From Acidobacteriota bacterium (GTDB lineage: Bacteria; Acidobacteriota; Vicinamibacteria; Vicinamibacterales; CAVVIG01): a stretch of 32,434 nt of DNA. The position numbers and the translations under genes were made by a program. Below the pieces are notes generated by a model. The model did no database searches. It had not been told where the DNA came from and saw only the letters and a list, made by a program, of their open reading frames with translations. How positions within the stretch are numbered: position 1 is the stretch's first letter; each line of letters opens with the position of its first letter. Positions 25,293 through 32,434 of this stretch are shown here, one piece after another. The stretch spans positions 1 to 32,434 of the forward strand of contig JAYVYV010000174.1 in assembly GCA_043783985.1 (NCBI GenBank), read 5' to 3'.

Positions 25293-25751
25293 TTACCCGC
25301 GTCCGCGCTGTTTCATCGTCTTCATCGACGCCTTGCCGGCCTGAAGCGTCACGCGCTTGGCTTCGGCCGCGACCGTACGGAGATCGCGCGGAACCGGCTT
25401 GCGGTGCTTCTTACCCGGAGCATCGACCACGCCGCCGCTGCGGCCCCTGGGGCTCTTCGAGCTGGTGGCGGCGCTGACCGCCGTCTTCTTCGCGGCTTTG
25501 GTCAGGCTCGTCACGCCATCGGAGAGTTGGTCGAGCAGTTCGGCCGCGCTGTCGCGCACGCTGGTGATCTGCTTGTTCAGCGCGTCGCGGTCCATCCAGC
25601 CTTCAGCCCTGGCCTGAACGGTGCCCACCATTCGCCCGAGTTGCTCCGCGAACGCCATCACCCGCTGCTCCATGGCGTCGGTGGCCGTGTTGTTGGCTGT
25701 CCTGGCCGTTGGTGCAGTGCTCCCTTTCCCGCCGTTGTCGCGCTTCGCCAT
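25293..25751 (-). CDS. Small basic hypothetical protein (helical core, Lys/Arg-rich C-terminus)
   Basis: ATG at 25751 preceded by GGAG (6-nt spacing), 152 aa, high third-position GC. The sequence runs MAKRDNGGKG...EQRVMAFAEQLGRMVGTVQARAEGWMDRDALNKQI...GKKHRKPVPRD...KTMKQRGRG. The 60-aa upstream extension in the track is rejected. Confidence 0.65.
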   Translation of the reverse strand: MAKRDNGGKGSTAPTARTANNTATDAMEQRVMAFAEQLGRMVGTVQARAEGWMDRDALNKQITSVRDSAAELLDQLSDGVTSLTKAAKKTAVSAATSSKSPRGRSGGVVDAPGKKHRKPVPRDLRTVAAEAKRVTLQAGKASMKTMKQRGRG

Positions 25752-25855
25752 GCGAGCTCCATATCTGTGGCGTTCAATCGCCGCCCGATCGTGAGCAGGT
25801 TTCATGCCGCCGACTCGCCTCAGCTGGCGCACGCCTTGCTCTGGTGTCGGGCGTG

Positions 25856-27013
25856 ATGAGGCGCTGGTACCTAGTTTCGACCGCCGCGTTTCTGGCGGCC
25901 TCAATCGCGCTCGCGGTATGGCTGCTCCCAACCGGGCGCGAGCAACCGCCGTACGCCTTCGCGCGCGCGCGGGTGAAACATGCCTGGCCGATCGACGGGT
26001 CGGCGCCGGAAGACTCGCGAACGCACGCGCTCAGGCTGGCCCGGGTCTGGATGCCGACCGACGCGGCGTCGGTGGACCTCGGGATCAACCCGGCTGACCC
26101 CGCCGGCACGTTGTCGGAGACGATCGTCCGCTGCCGCTACCTCGACAGTCCCGCCCGCGGCACGACGGCGAAGTTCGACTGCGTGCTGCGCGACGGCGAA
26201 GTCGTGAAGGTGAAATACGGACACACCGGCGAAATTCACGCGGAGCTCGCCGCCACCCGCCTGCTGTCCGCGCTCGGCTTCGGCGCCGATCGCATGTTTC
26301 TGATCCCAAGCCTGCGCTGCTACGGCTGCGTCCGGACGCCGTTCTACACGAACTGGTTGCTCGACAAAGTCCATGCGCGAGAGCTGGTGGTCGCTTCGGT
26401 TGCGGACGACCGCTACACCGACTTCTCCTGGGTCGCGGTCGAGCGGCGCTTCGACGGCCTGTCGATCGAGGCCGGCGACCACGAGGGGTGGGCGTGGTTC
26501 GAGCTCGAATCGATCGATCCCGCGGTCGGCGCCAACCAAGCGGAACGTGACGCGCTCCGCCTGATGGCGATCCTGCTCGCGCACTGGGACAACAAGGCCT
26601 CCAACCAGCGGCTCGTCTGCCTCGCGCCGGAACCGTCAGCCGCCGCACCCTGTCCCCGCCCGTTTGCGTTGATCAACGACCTCGGCGCGACCTTCGGGCC
26701 CAACAAGGTGGAACTCGACCACTGGAAAGCGGCGCCGATCTGGGCGGACCGCGGGCGCTGCACGGTCAGCATGCGACAGTTTCCATACAGCGGCGGTACG
26801 TTTTCCGACAGGACGATCTCGGAGGCCGGGCGCCAGCTGATCGCGCATCAGCTGGCCGCGCTCACCGCGCGTCAGGTGACGTCGCTCTTCTCGGGCGCGC
26901 GGTTTCGTGAATTCTACGGAGGCAGAGGCGCGGACGCCGACGTGGGCGCCTGGACAGCGGTGTTTCTGGACAAGGTCCGGCAGATCGCGGACGGCGGCCC
27001 CTGCCCGTCGTAG
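25856..27013 (+). CDS. Membrane-anchored or secreted protein-kinase-like-fold protein, Cys-rich (uncharacterised family; paralogue of 23999-25057)
   Basis: The ATG at 25856 gives MRRWYLVSTAAFLAASIALAVWLL (N-in anchor or signal). Motifs: VVKVKYGHTGEIHAELAATRLLSALGF; HWDNKASN (26582-26605, an HxDxKxxN pattern); INDLGATFG (D at 26678-26680, a DxG). Eight Cys. The upstream 49 aa of the track ORF overlap the divergent gene and are rejected. Confidence 0.8.
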   Translation: MRRWYLVSTAAFLAASIALAVWLLPTGREQPPYAFARARVKHAWPIDGSAPEDSRTHALRLARVWMPTDAASVDLGINPADPAGTLSETIVRCRYLDSPARGTTAKFDCVLRDGEVVKVKYGHTGEIHAELAATRLLSALGFGADRMFLIPSLRCYGCVRTPFYTNWLLDKVHARELVVASVADDRYTDFSWVAVERRFDGLSIEAGDHEGWAWFELESIDPAVGANQAERDALRLMAILLAHWDNKASNQRLVCLAPEPSAAAPCPRPFALINDLGATFGPNKVELDHWKAAPIWADRGRCTVSMRQFPYSGGTFSDRTISEAGRQLIAHQLAALTARQVTSLFSGARFREFYGGRGADADVGAWTAVFLDKVRQIADGGPCPS

Positions 27014-27022
27014 GCGTTGGCG

Positions 27023-28510
27023 TTATTTCGTGCGCGGCTTCACCTGGTCGATGTACCACCCGACGCGAGCCGGCGAATCGCCATGCGACTCGGATCCGTT
27101 CAGGTAATACCGGACGACGCCGCCGGCGTCCACATAGAAGGTGGCCGGCAGGTTGTCGAATCCCATCGCCGTTTCAGCCTGTCGCGCGTCCATACGCACC
27201 ACCGGGAAGGGAAACTTCATCTCGGCCAGATAGCGTCGCAACCGCTTGTCGTCTTCGTCGAGGCTGACTAGCAGGAAGGCCACGCCGGGGTCGGCTTGAT
27301 ACTTCGCGTACGAGGCTTTCAGGTGCGGTAACTCCGCACGGCAGATCCCTCACCAGGAGGCGAAGAAATTCAGGAGCAGGACCTTGCCGCGAAGGCCCGA
27401 TGCGTCGTACGGCTTTCCACCGAGGTCCGTGAACGCCAACACCGGGAGGGGCCGATCGACCAGGCTTCTCAGCGCAGCGGCCTTGCGCTCGTCGCGGCGC
27501 CGCGTGAGCTCGGACTCGAGCCACGCGTCGAACCCGGCGGCGTCGCCGCCCTGCGTCTGGAGGGCGGCCAGCGCGTCCTTGGCCCGCTGCCGCAGCGGCG
27601 CGAGGCCGCCTGCCAGCGAGAGCGCCTCGAGATAGTGATCGCGCGCGCGCACGGGCACCTTCTGCACCCGCGCGAGCTCGGCCATGTGAAACTGGTTCAC
27701 GACGTCGAGCCCCTGCGACAGCCGTTCCGCTTCCCCGAGTTTCGCGGCCGCGGCCGCGTAGTCCTTCTCGAGCACCAGCGCCCATCCGGCGAGATCAGCC
27801 GCCGCGGCCCGTCCGCGCGCGTAGGCGCTCTGTGACTTCCCGGTCATCTGATACGCGCTGAGATTCTCGTCGATAAAGCGATCGGAAGCGGCGGCGCCGC
27901 GGCCGGCCAGCGCGATCGCGCGGTCGTACTCGCCGCGATCGATCAGCATCTGCGCGCCGGTAAAGAACGGCGCCGGATCGGCCTGCGCCTTGGCGCGCGC
28001 CTCGACGGCCGCGAGGATCTGCGCGACCACAGCGGGGTCAGACGCCGATGCCGGCGCCGTGGTCTGCAGGGCCAGTAGCGCCGCGTCGAGCGCGCGGATC
28101 TCCGGGCGCGGCGGCGCGGGATCGACGGTGTCGGCGGCGGCGAAACCTTCCGCGACGCGGAGGGCGTCCCGAGCGGATGCGCGGCCCGGATCGGTGGCGA
28201 CCGCGGTCTTCAGCTCGACCAGCGCGCGCGCGCGGAGCGACGGCTCGTCGTGCCATCCGGGAAACGCGTTTTCCTGCTGCCACCCCTTGAAAGTGTACAG
28301 GCGGCCGAGCGCTTCGTGCGCCGCCGCCTTGGTGTCGCGATCGCGCGCCGCCTCTTCCAGCGCCGCGATCGCACTCTTCGCCAGCCGCTGTTCCCACAGC
28401 GCGGTCCCGCGCGCCAATGGCTCCCGCGGCGGGCTCTGGGCGGACCCGCCGGCGGCTGACGCGAGGACGGCAACGGCTATCGCACACGCGGTGGATCTCG
28501 TCACGCGCAC
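27023..28510 (-). CDS. TPR-like + TlpA/ResA-like thioredoxin-fold protein with in-frame UGA at the CxxC position (probable selenoprotein, U-G-I-C)
   Basis: Track ORFs 27350-28510 and 27023-27283 are in the same frame. Reading through the TGA (27352..27350) gives ...GKVLLLNFFASW-U-GICRAELPHLKASYAKYQADPGVAFLLVSLDEDDKRLRRYLAEMKFPFPVV...NLPATFYVDAGGVVRY. This is a complete TlpA-like domain with the stop at the first redox Cys. N-terminal signal peptide MRVTRSTACAIAVAVLASAAGGSAQ. Confidence 0.72.
27323..27352 (-). other. UGA plus candidate bacterial SECIS hairpin
   Basis: The mRNA reads UGA-GGGAUCUGCC-GUGCGG-AGUUA-CCGCAC: a 6-bp GC-rich stem starting 10 nt after the UGA, with a 5-nt apical loop whose second base is G. 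A possible lower stem forms between GAGG (overlapping the UGA) and CCUC downstream. Confidence 0.5.
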
Positions 28511-28522
28511 AGTGTAATTGAA

Positions 28523-30850
28523 TCAGAAATCAAAGAGCCGCGTGAATTTGACGATGAAGGATCGCCCCAGCGTCTCTTCTGGGTTGAACACGGTCGTGTC
28601 TCGGCGGTCGTTGTACACCACGAACAACCCGGTGCCGCTGCGGTTGAGCAGAGCCAGGCGGACGTTAGACGTCAGCAGCGACGACTGGTTGTTGTACTGG
28701 ACGAGCGCCTGGATGCTCGCCAGCGTGGTGAAGGCGTAGCTCACTTTCACCGGGACCAGGTCGGTGTGAAACTTGCCGGACGGAAGGTCGACGTTCTGCC
28801 GGGTCCAGCCGACCGATCCGACGAACCGGGCGCCGGCGCGCCAGTTGAGCGCCGCCTCGTACGCGTCGAAGTCGCCGTCATAGAAGCTGCCGTGCCGCCA
28901 CCGCAGCGCGGTGGCCAGGACGGCGCTGGGATCGCTCTGGAACTCGTTCGAAATCTGGCGCCACGTGTACAGCCCCGGCGCAATGACCACCTTGTGGCCG
29001 CCGGCGTTGAACACCGTGAACGGCGCGAGCGGCCGATCCTGGAAGCGGTCGACCCACGTGCCGAAACGGCCGCCTTGCTTCGGGTCAATCTCGAGGAAAT
29101 GGATATGCGTCATCGAGCTCTGGAGCTGGCCGTCGGCGACGCCGTAGTACGAGTTGTAGGCGACGTGCGGAGAAATCCGCCGGATCCACGGCCACCGCTT
29201 GGGCTGGGGCTGGAAGAACACGCGGAACTCCGGGTGGCGATAGCCCTTGCGGGGCAGGTACCCGACCTCCGGATTGAAGTTGGCGCCCACCTGCGAATAG
29301 CCGCCTGAGGCCAGCCACAGGTTGTTCGTGAAGTTGTAGAACACGCGCTCCGAGTGGTCGGTACCGCCCTTGACTAGCGGTGACGTGGTGCCCGCGACGT
29401 ACGCAAACACCTTGGAGTTCTTCGTCACCTGCACGTTGGCATCGAGGCCGTAGGCGCGATTGAAGTCGTTCGCGCCCGCGTAGCGTCCGGTACCTTCGCG
29501 ATTCACGAGGATCGCGCCGAAATTGGACCGGCCGATTTCGCGCTGCACCCGCAGGACGCCGAAATTGTTCGCGGCCGTGACCAGCCTCGCGGTCTGCGGA
29601 TCCAGTGCCGAATCGGTCTGCATGTCGAGCAGCCCGATGTTGAAGGCGCCAACTTTTCCCGACAGGCGCGCGCCGCCGTTGATGTCGATGGGCAGCCCCG
29701 AGGAGCCGGTCGCGGACAACCCGATGCGCCGCGAGAAGAAGAGGTCCACCTGCTGGGGCGCGCCGAACTGGAAGACCGACGCGTTCTCGAGGAAGAACGG
29801 GCGTTTCTCGGGAAAGAACAGGTCGAAGCGGGTCAGGTTCAACTGCTCCTCGTCGGCTTCCACCTGCGCGAAATCGGTGTTGACGGTGAAGTCGGCGGTG
29901 AGGTTCGGCCGCACGCCCCATTTGACGTCGAGGCCGACGTTGCGGTCCTCGACCGGGTTCACCCGGCTGACCACTTGGTTGGTCGGCACGGTGTAGTCCT
30001 TGTTGACGGACGCAAGCACGTAGGGGATGAGCTTGAGATCGTGACGCGCGGGCAGGTCGAGCCCGGTCAGTTTCGCCGCCGAGGACACGCGATAGATGTC
30101 GAACCCCCGCCCCACCGGCGACAGAAACACTTGCTCGTTCTTGCGACGGATATTGCGCTTGAGGTTGAAGCCCCACGTGCGGTTGCTGCCGACCGGATAC
30201 CGCAGGGTCTTGAGCGGAATCGCAAGCTCGGCTTCCCAGCCGCGCTCGGTGATCGCCGTCTTTACGCGCCAGTCGCCGTCCCAGTTGGCGTTGAATGAAC
30301 TGATCGTACCGCGTTGGGATCCGCCCCCTCCCGATACGTTCGAGGAGATACCGCCCGTCTGGCCTTCACCCGACACCTGGCCGTCGTACTCGATACCGAG
30401 GGGATTGGTGCCGAAGACAAAAGCGTTCTGGTTGTCGTTGAACGTGTCGAGCACCAGGATGATCGCGTCGGTCTCGGTCAGATCCGCGTCCCGGCGGTTC
30501 TGGCTGACGACGATCTTCGACGGGTCCGAGTCGAAACAGATCACGCCGATGTACACATGCGTTTTGTCGAAGAGGACGCGGACCTCCGTGCGCTCGGTTG
30601 CGGGCGCGCCTTCAACCGGGTCGGTCTGCGTGAACGTCGCATACGACGCGACCTTGAGCCAGGCATCCTCGACGACTCTCCCGTCGAGGGTGGGGGCGGG
30701 GGTGCCTTCGGGCAGGCGCCCGGCCGACAGCTGAACCGGCGCGGGGTCCGCCGCGGTCCGCGGGGCGCCGGCCGCGCCCGGCGGCGCCAGCAGACCGGAG
30801 CAGAAGATGCCAATCACCCACCAGCGGTTGGACCAACGCCGATTCAGCAT
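28523..30850 (-). CDS. DUF5916 / carbohydrate-binding-family-9-like outer-membrane protein
   Basis: The ATG at 30850 gives MLNRRWSNRWWVIGIFCSGLLAPPGAAG (signal). LDGRVVEDAWLKVASYATFTQTDPVEGAPATERTEVRVLFDKTHVYIGVICFD...RRDADLTETDAIILVLDTFNDNQNAFVFGTNPLG is the CBM9-like N-terminal pattern. The body is long and beta-rich, ending in ...TRLFDF (terminal aromatic residue, as in OM barrels). Confidence 0.85.
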   Translation of the reverse strand: MLNRRWSNRWWVIGIFCSGLLAPPGAAGAPRTAADPAPVQLSAGRLPEGTPAPTLDGRVVEDAWLKVASYATFTQTDPVEGAPATERTEVRVLFDKTHVYIGVICFDSDPSKIVVSQNRRDADLTETDAIILVLDTFNDNQNAFVFGTNPLGIEYDGQVSGEGQTGGISSNVSGGGGSQRGTISSFNANWDGDWRVKTAITERGWEAELAIPLKTLRYPVGSNRTWGFNLKRNIRRKNEQVFLSPVGRGFDIYRVSSAAKLTGLDLPARHDLKLIPYVLASVNKDYTVPTNQVVSRVNPVEDRNVGLDVKWGVRPNLTADFTVNTDFAQVEADEEQLNLTRFDLFFPEKRPFFLENASVFQFGAPQQVDLFFSRRIGLSATGSSGLPIDINGGARLSGKVGAFNIGLLDMQTDSALDPQTARLVTAANNFGVLRVQREIGRSNFGAILVNREGTGRYAGANDFNRAYGLDANVQVTKNSKVFAYVAGTTSPLVKGGTDHSERVFYNFTNNLWLASGGYSQVGANFNPEVGYLPRKGYRHPEFRVFFQPQPKRWPWIRRISPHVAYNSYYGVADGQLQSSMTHIHFLEIDPKQGGRFGTWVDRFQDRPLAPFTVFNAGGHKVVIAPGLYTWRQISNEFQSDPSAVLATALRWRHGSFYDGDFDAYEAALNWRAGARFVGSVGWTRQNVDLPSGKFHTDLVPVKVSYAFTTLASIQALVQYNNQSSLLTSNVRLALLNRSGTGLFVVYNDRRDTTVFNPEETLGRSFIVKFTRLFDF

Positions 30851-30913
30851 AGGAGTTTTATCGCAGAGGTTCGACGCGTGAGTGTCACGACTTGTCATTG
30901 CCCTCGGTGCAGC

Positions 30914-30922
30914 TGGTATAAT
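30914..30922 (+). promoter_or_regulatory. Candidate extended -10 promoter (TGgTATAAT) for the ABC-F gene
   Basis: TG at 30914-30915 and TATAAT at 30917-30922. TTGTCA lies 19 nt upstream, which is long spacing. The ATG is 14 nt downstream, implying a very short 5' UTR. Confidence 0.35.
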
Positions 30923-30936
30923 GAGCGGTTGTCTTT

Positions 30937-32434
30937 ATGATTTCAGTCCAGGGTGTATCGATGCGGTTCGGGTCGAAGGTGCTCTTCGACGAGGTGACCA
31001 CCACATTCTCGACGGGTCGTCGGTACGGCCTCACCGGCCCGAACGGCGCCGGCAAGTCGACGTTCATGAAGCTGCTGACCGGCGAGCTGCCGCCGCAGCG
31101 CGGCACGGTCGTTCGCCCCGCGAAGGTCGGCGTGCTCCGGCAGGATCAGTTCGCCTTCGATCGGTTCCGCGTCATCGATACGGTCATCATGGGCAACCAT
31201 CGGCTGTGGGGCGCGCTGCAGGAGCGCGAGCTGTTGTACGCGAAGAGCGATCTGACCGACGGCGAAGGCATGCGCCTGGGCGAGCTGGAAGGAATCGTCG
31301 GCGACGAGGACGGCTACGAAGCGGAGGCCAGCGCCGCGATTCTCCTCCAGGGGCTCGACATCCCGGAGGCGCTGCACGAGCGCACGATGTCGGAGATGCA
31401 GGGAGGCCAGAAAGTGCGCGTCCTGCTCGCGCAGGCGCTGTTCGGCCGGCCCCAGGCCCTCCTGCTCGACGAGCCGACGAACCATCTGGACCTCGACTCG
31501 ATTCACTGGGTGCGCGAGTTCCTGCTGCGCTATGAAGGCACCCTGATCGTCATCTCGCACGATCGGCACTTCCTGAACGGCGTCTGCACGCACACCGCCG
31601 ACATCGACTACCAGACGATCATCACCTATACCGGCGGGTACGACGACATGGTGCTCGCCAAGACACAGATCCGATCGCGCGTCGAGTCGGACAACGAGCA
31701 GCGCGAAAAGAAGATCTCACAGCTGCAGGATTTCATCGCGCGCTTCTCCGCCGGCACGCGCGCCAGCCAGGTGATGTCGCGCAAGAAGGAAGTCGAGCGG
31801 CTGCAGACCACCGAGCTCGCGCGGTCCAACATCCAGCGCCCCTACATCAAGTTCGCGATGAACCGGCCGTCGGGCCGCGTCGCCGCCGAGATCAAGGGGG
31901 TCAGCAAGGCATTCGGCGCCCTGAAGGTCGTGAGCGGCTTCAGCGCGATCGTGAACCGCAACGAGAAGATCGTGCTGGTCGGCCGCAACGGCCTCGGCAA
32001 GACGACCATGCTGAAGGCGCTGCTCGCGGACGCGCCGAGCGTGGAGCCGGCGCCCGACGCGATCGACGGCGGCAGCGTGAAGTGGGGCCATGAAGTGTCG
32101 ATCGGCTACTTCCCGCAGGATCACACCGGCGAGATCAAGCCGGGGCTCACCGCCGTCGAGTGGCTCCACCAGTTCGATCCCGACGCCTCGCGGCAGGACA
32201 TTCACGGGCTGCTCGGCCAGATGCTGTTCCAGGGTGAAGAGGGGCAGAAGCCGACCGAGGCGCTGTCTGGCGGTGAAACCGCGAGGCTGCTCTTCTGCCG
32301 GATCATGCTCCAGAAGCCGAACGTCCTCGTCCTCGACGAGCCGACGAACCACCTCGATCTCGAGTCGATCAACGCGGTGAACATCGCGCTGCAGAAGTAC
32401 GAGGGTACGGTGTTCCTCGTGACGCATGACGAGG
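30937..32434 (+). CDS. ybiT: ABC-F family ATPase, YbiT-like (3' end runs off the window)
   Basis: Absent from the ORF track because there is no stop in the window. Translation: MISVQGVSMRFGSKVLFDEVTTTFSTGRRYGLTGPNGAGKSTFMKLL...LRQDQFAFDRFRVIDTVIMGN...MQGGQKVRVLLAQALF...LLLDEPTNHLD...ISHDRHFLN, then a linker, then a second cassette GRNGLGKTTMLK...LSGGETARLLF...LVLDEPTNHLD...VTHDE. This closely parallels E. coli YbiT. Confidence 0.92.
   Translation, partial: MISVQGVSMRFGSKVLFDEVTTTFSTGRRYGLTGPNGAGKSTFMKLLTGELPPQRGTVVRPAKVGVLRQDQFAFDRFRVIDTVIMGNHRLWGALQERELLYAKSDLTDGEGMRLGELEGIVGDEDGYEAEASAAILLQGLDIPEALHERTMSEMQGGQKVRVLLAQALFGRPQALLLDEPTNHLDLDSIHWVREFLLRYEGTLIVISHDRHFLNGVCTHTADIDYQTIITYTGGYDDMVLAKTQIRSRVESDNEQREKKISQLQDFIARFSAGTRASQVMSRKKEVERLQTTELARSNIQRPYIKFAMNRPSGRVAAEIKGVSKAFGALKVVSGFSAIVNRNEKIVLVGRNGLGKTTMLKALLADAPSVEPAPDAIDGGSVKWGHEVSIGYFPQDHTGEIKPGLTAVEWLHQFDPDASRQDIHGLLGQMLFQGEEGQKPTEALSGGETARLLFCRIMLQKPNVLVLDEPTNHLDLESINAVNIALQKYEGTVFLVTHDE

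Noticed and set aside
27023-27283. 86-aa ORF as an independent small gene, with 27350-28510 as a complete 386-aa gene
   Set aside because: The 86-aa ORF is the C-terminal two-thirds of a TlpA-like fold and lacks its own redox motif. The upstream ORF stops exactly at the redox Cys position and is in the same frame. A single read-through (Sec) gene is the better model. A Cys-to-stop pseudogene remains the alternative and is noted in the finding.

Overview
High-GC, densely coding chromosomal window. It looks Acidobacteriota-like, because it carries an ADOP-type duplicated MacB/FtsX permease; this taxonomic call is inference. I can support about 33 CDS and one tRNA-Pro(CGG).

Gene content, left to right:
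- a partial double-HTH XRE regulator next to tRNA-Pro
- surE, an MFS transporter and two secreted hypothetical proteins
- an AmmeMemoRadiSam-type radical SAM enzyme directly followed by moaA
- a CheY-like receiver plus a sigma-54 (NtrC-type) activator, divergent from a HlyD adaptor / ABC ATPase / ADOP permease / second ABC ATPase operon
- a YqaA/DedA-like membrane protein, CsaA, another orphan receiver and a small zinc-ribbon membrane protein
- a prolyl oligopeptidase followed by a Tat-signal FAD oxidoreductase
- a coiled-coil protein built from a 45-bp tandem repeat, and an M14 peptidase
- an endostatin/DUF1554-like secreted protein
- a cluster with two divergent membrane-anchored protein-kinase-like paralogues, a CPXCG zinc-finger protein and a basic protein
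- a DUF5916/CBM9 outer-membrane protein followed by a TPR + TlpA-like thioredoxin-fold protein
- a partial YbiT-like ABC-F ATPase

Most of the very long ORFs in the track are Arg/Pro/Gly-rich shadow ORFs opposite real genes.

Main observations:
1. The TPR-thioredoxin gene has an in-frame TGA exactly where the first Cys of CxxC belongs (FFASW-U-GIC), followed by a hairpin. It is probably a UxxC selenoprotein that the ORF track splits in two.
2. Two uncharacterised paralogues carry HxDxKxxN and DxG kinase-like motifs and have opposite predicted membrane topology.
3. The MFS gene carries a perfect 13-nt tandem duplication. The frame between it and a second, compensating 1-nt shift no longer encodes the conserved motif, which survives in another frame.
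4. Heptamer arrays (GAGGGCT/AGCCCTC, and NGAATTC with four EcoRI sites in 33 bp) sit at intercistronic junctions.
5. An in-frame 45-bp repeat array shows a mosaic of unit variants.

No CRISPR array, rRNA, transposase or integrase is visible.
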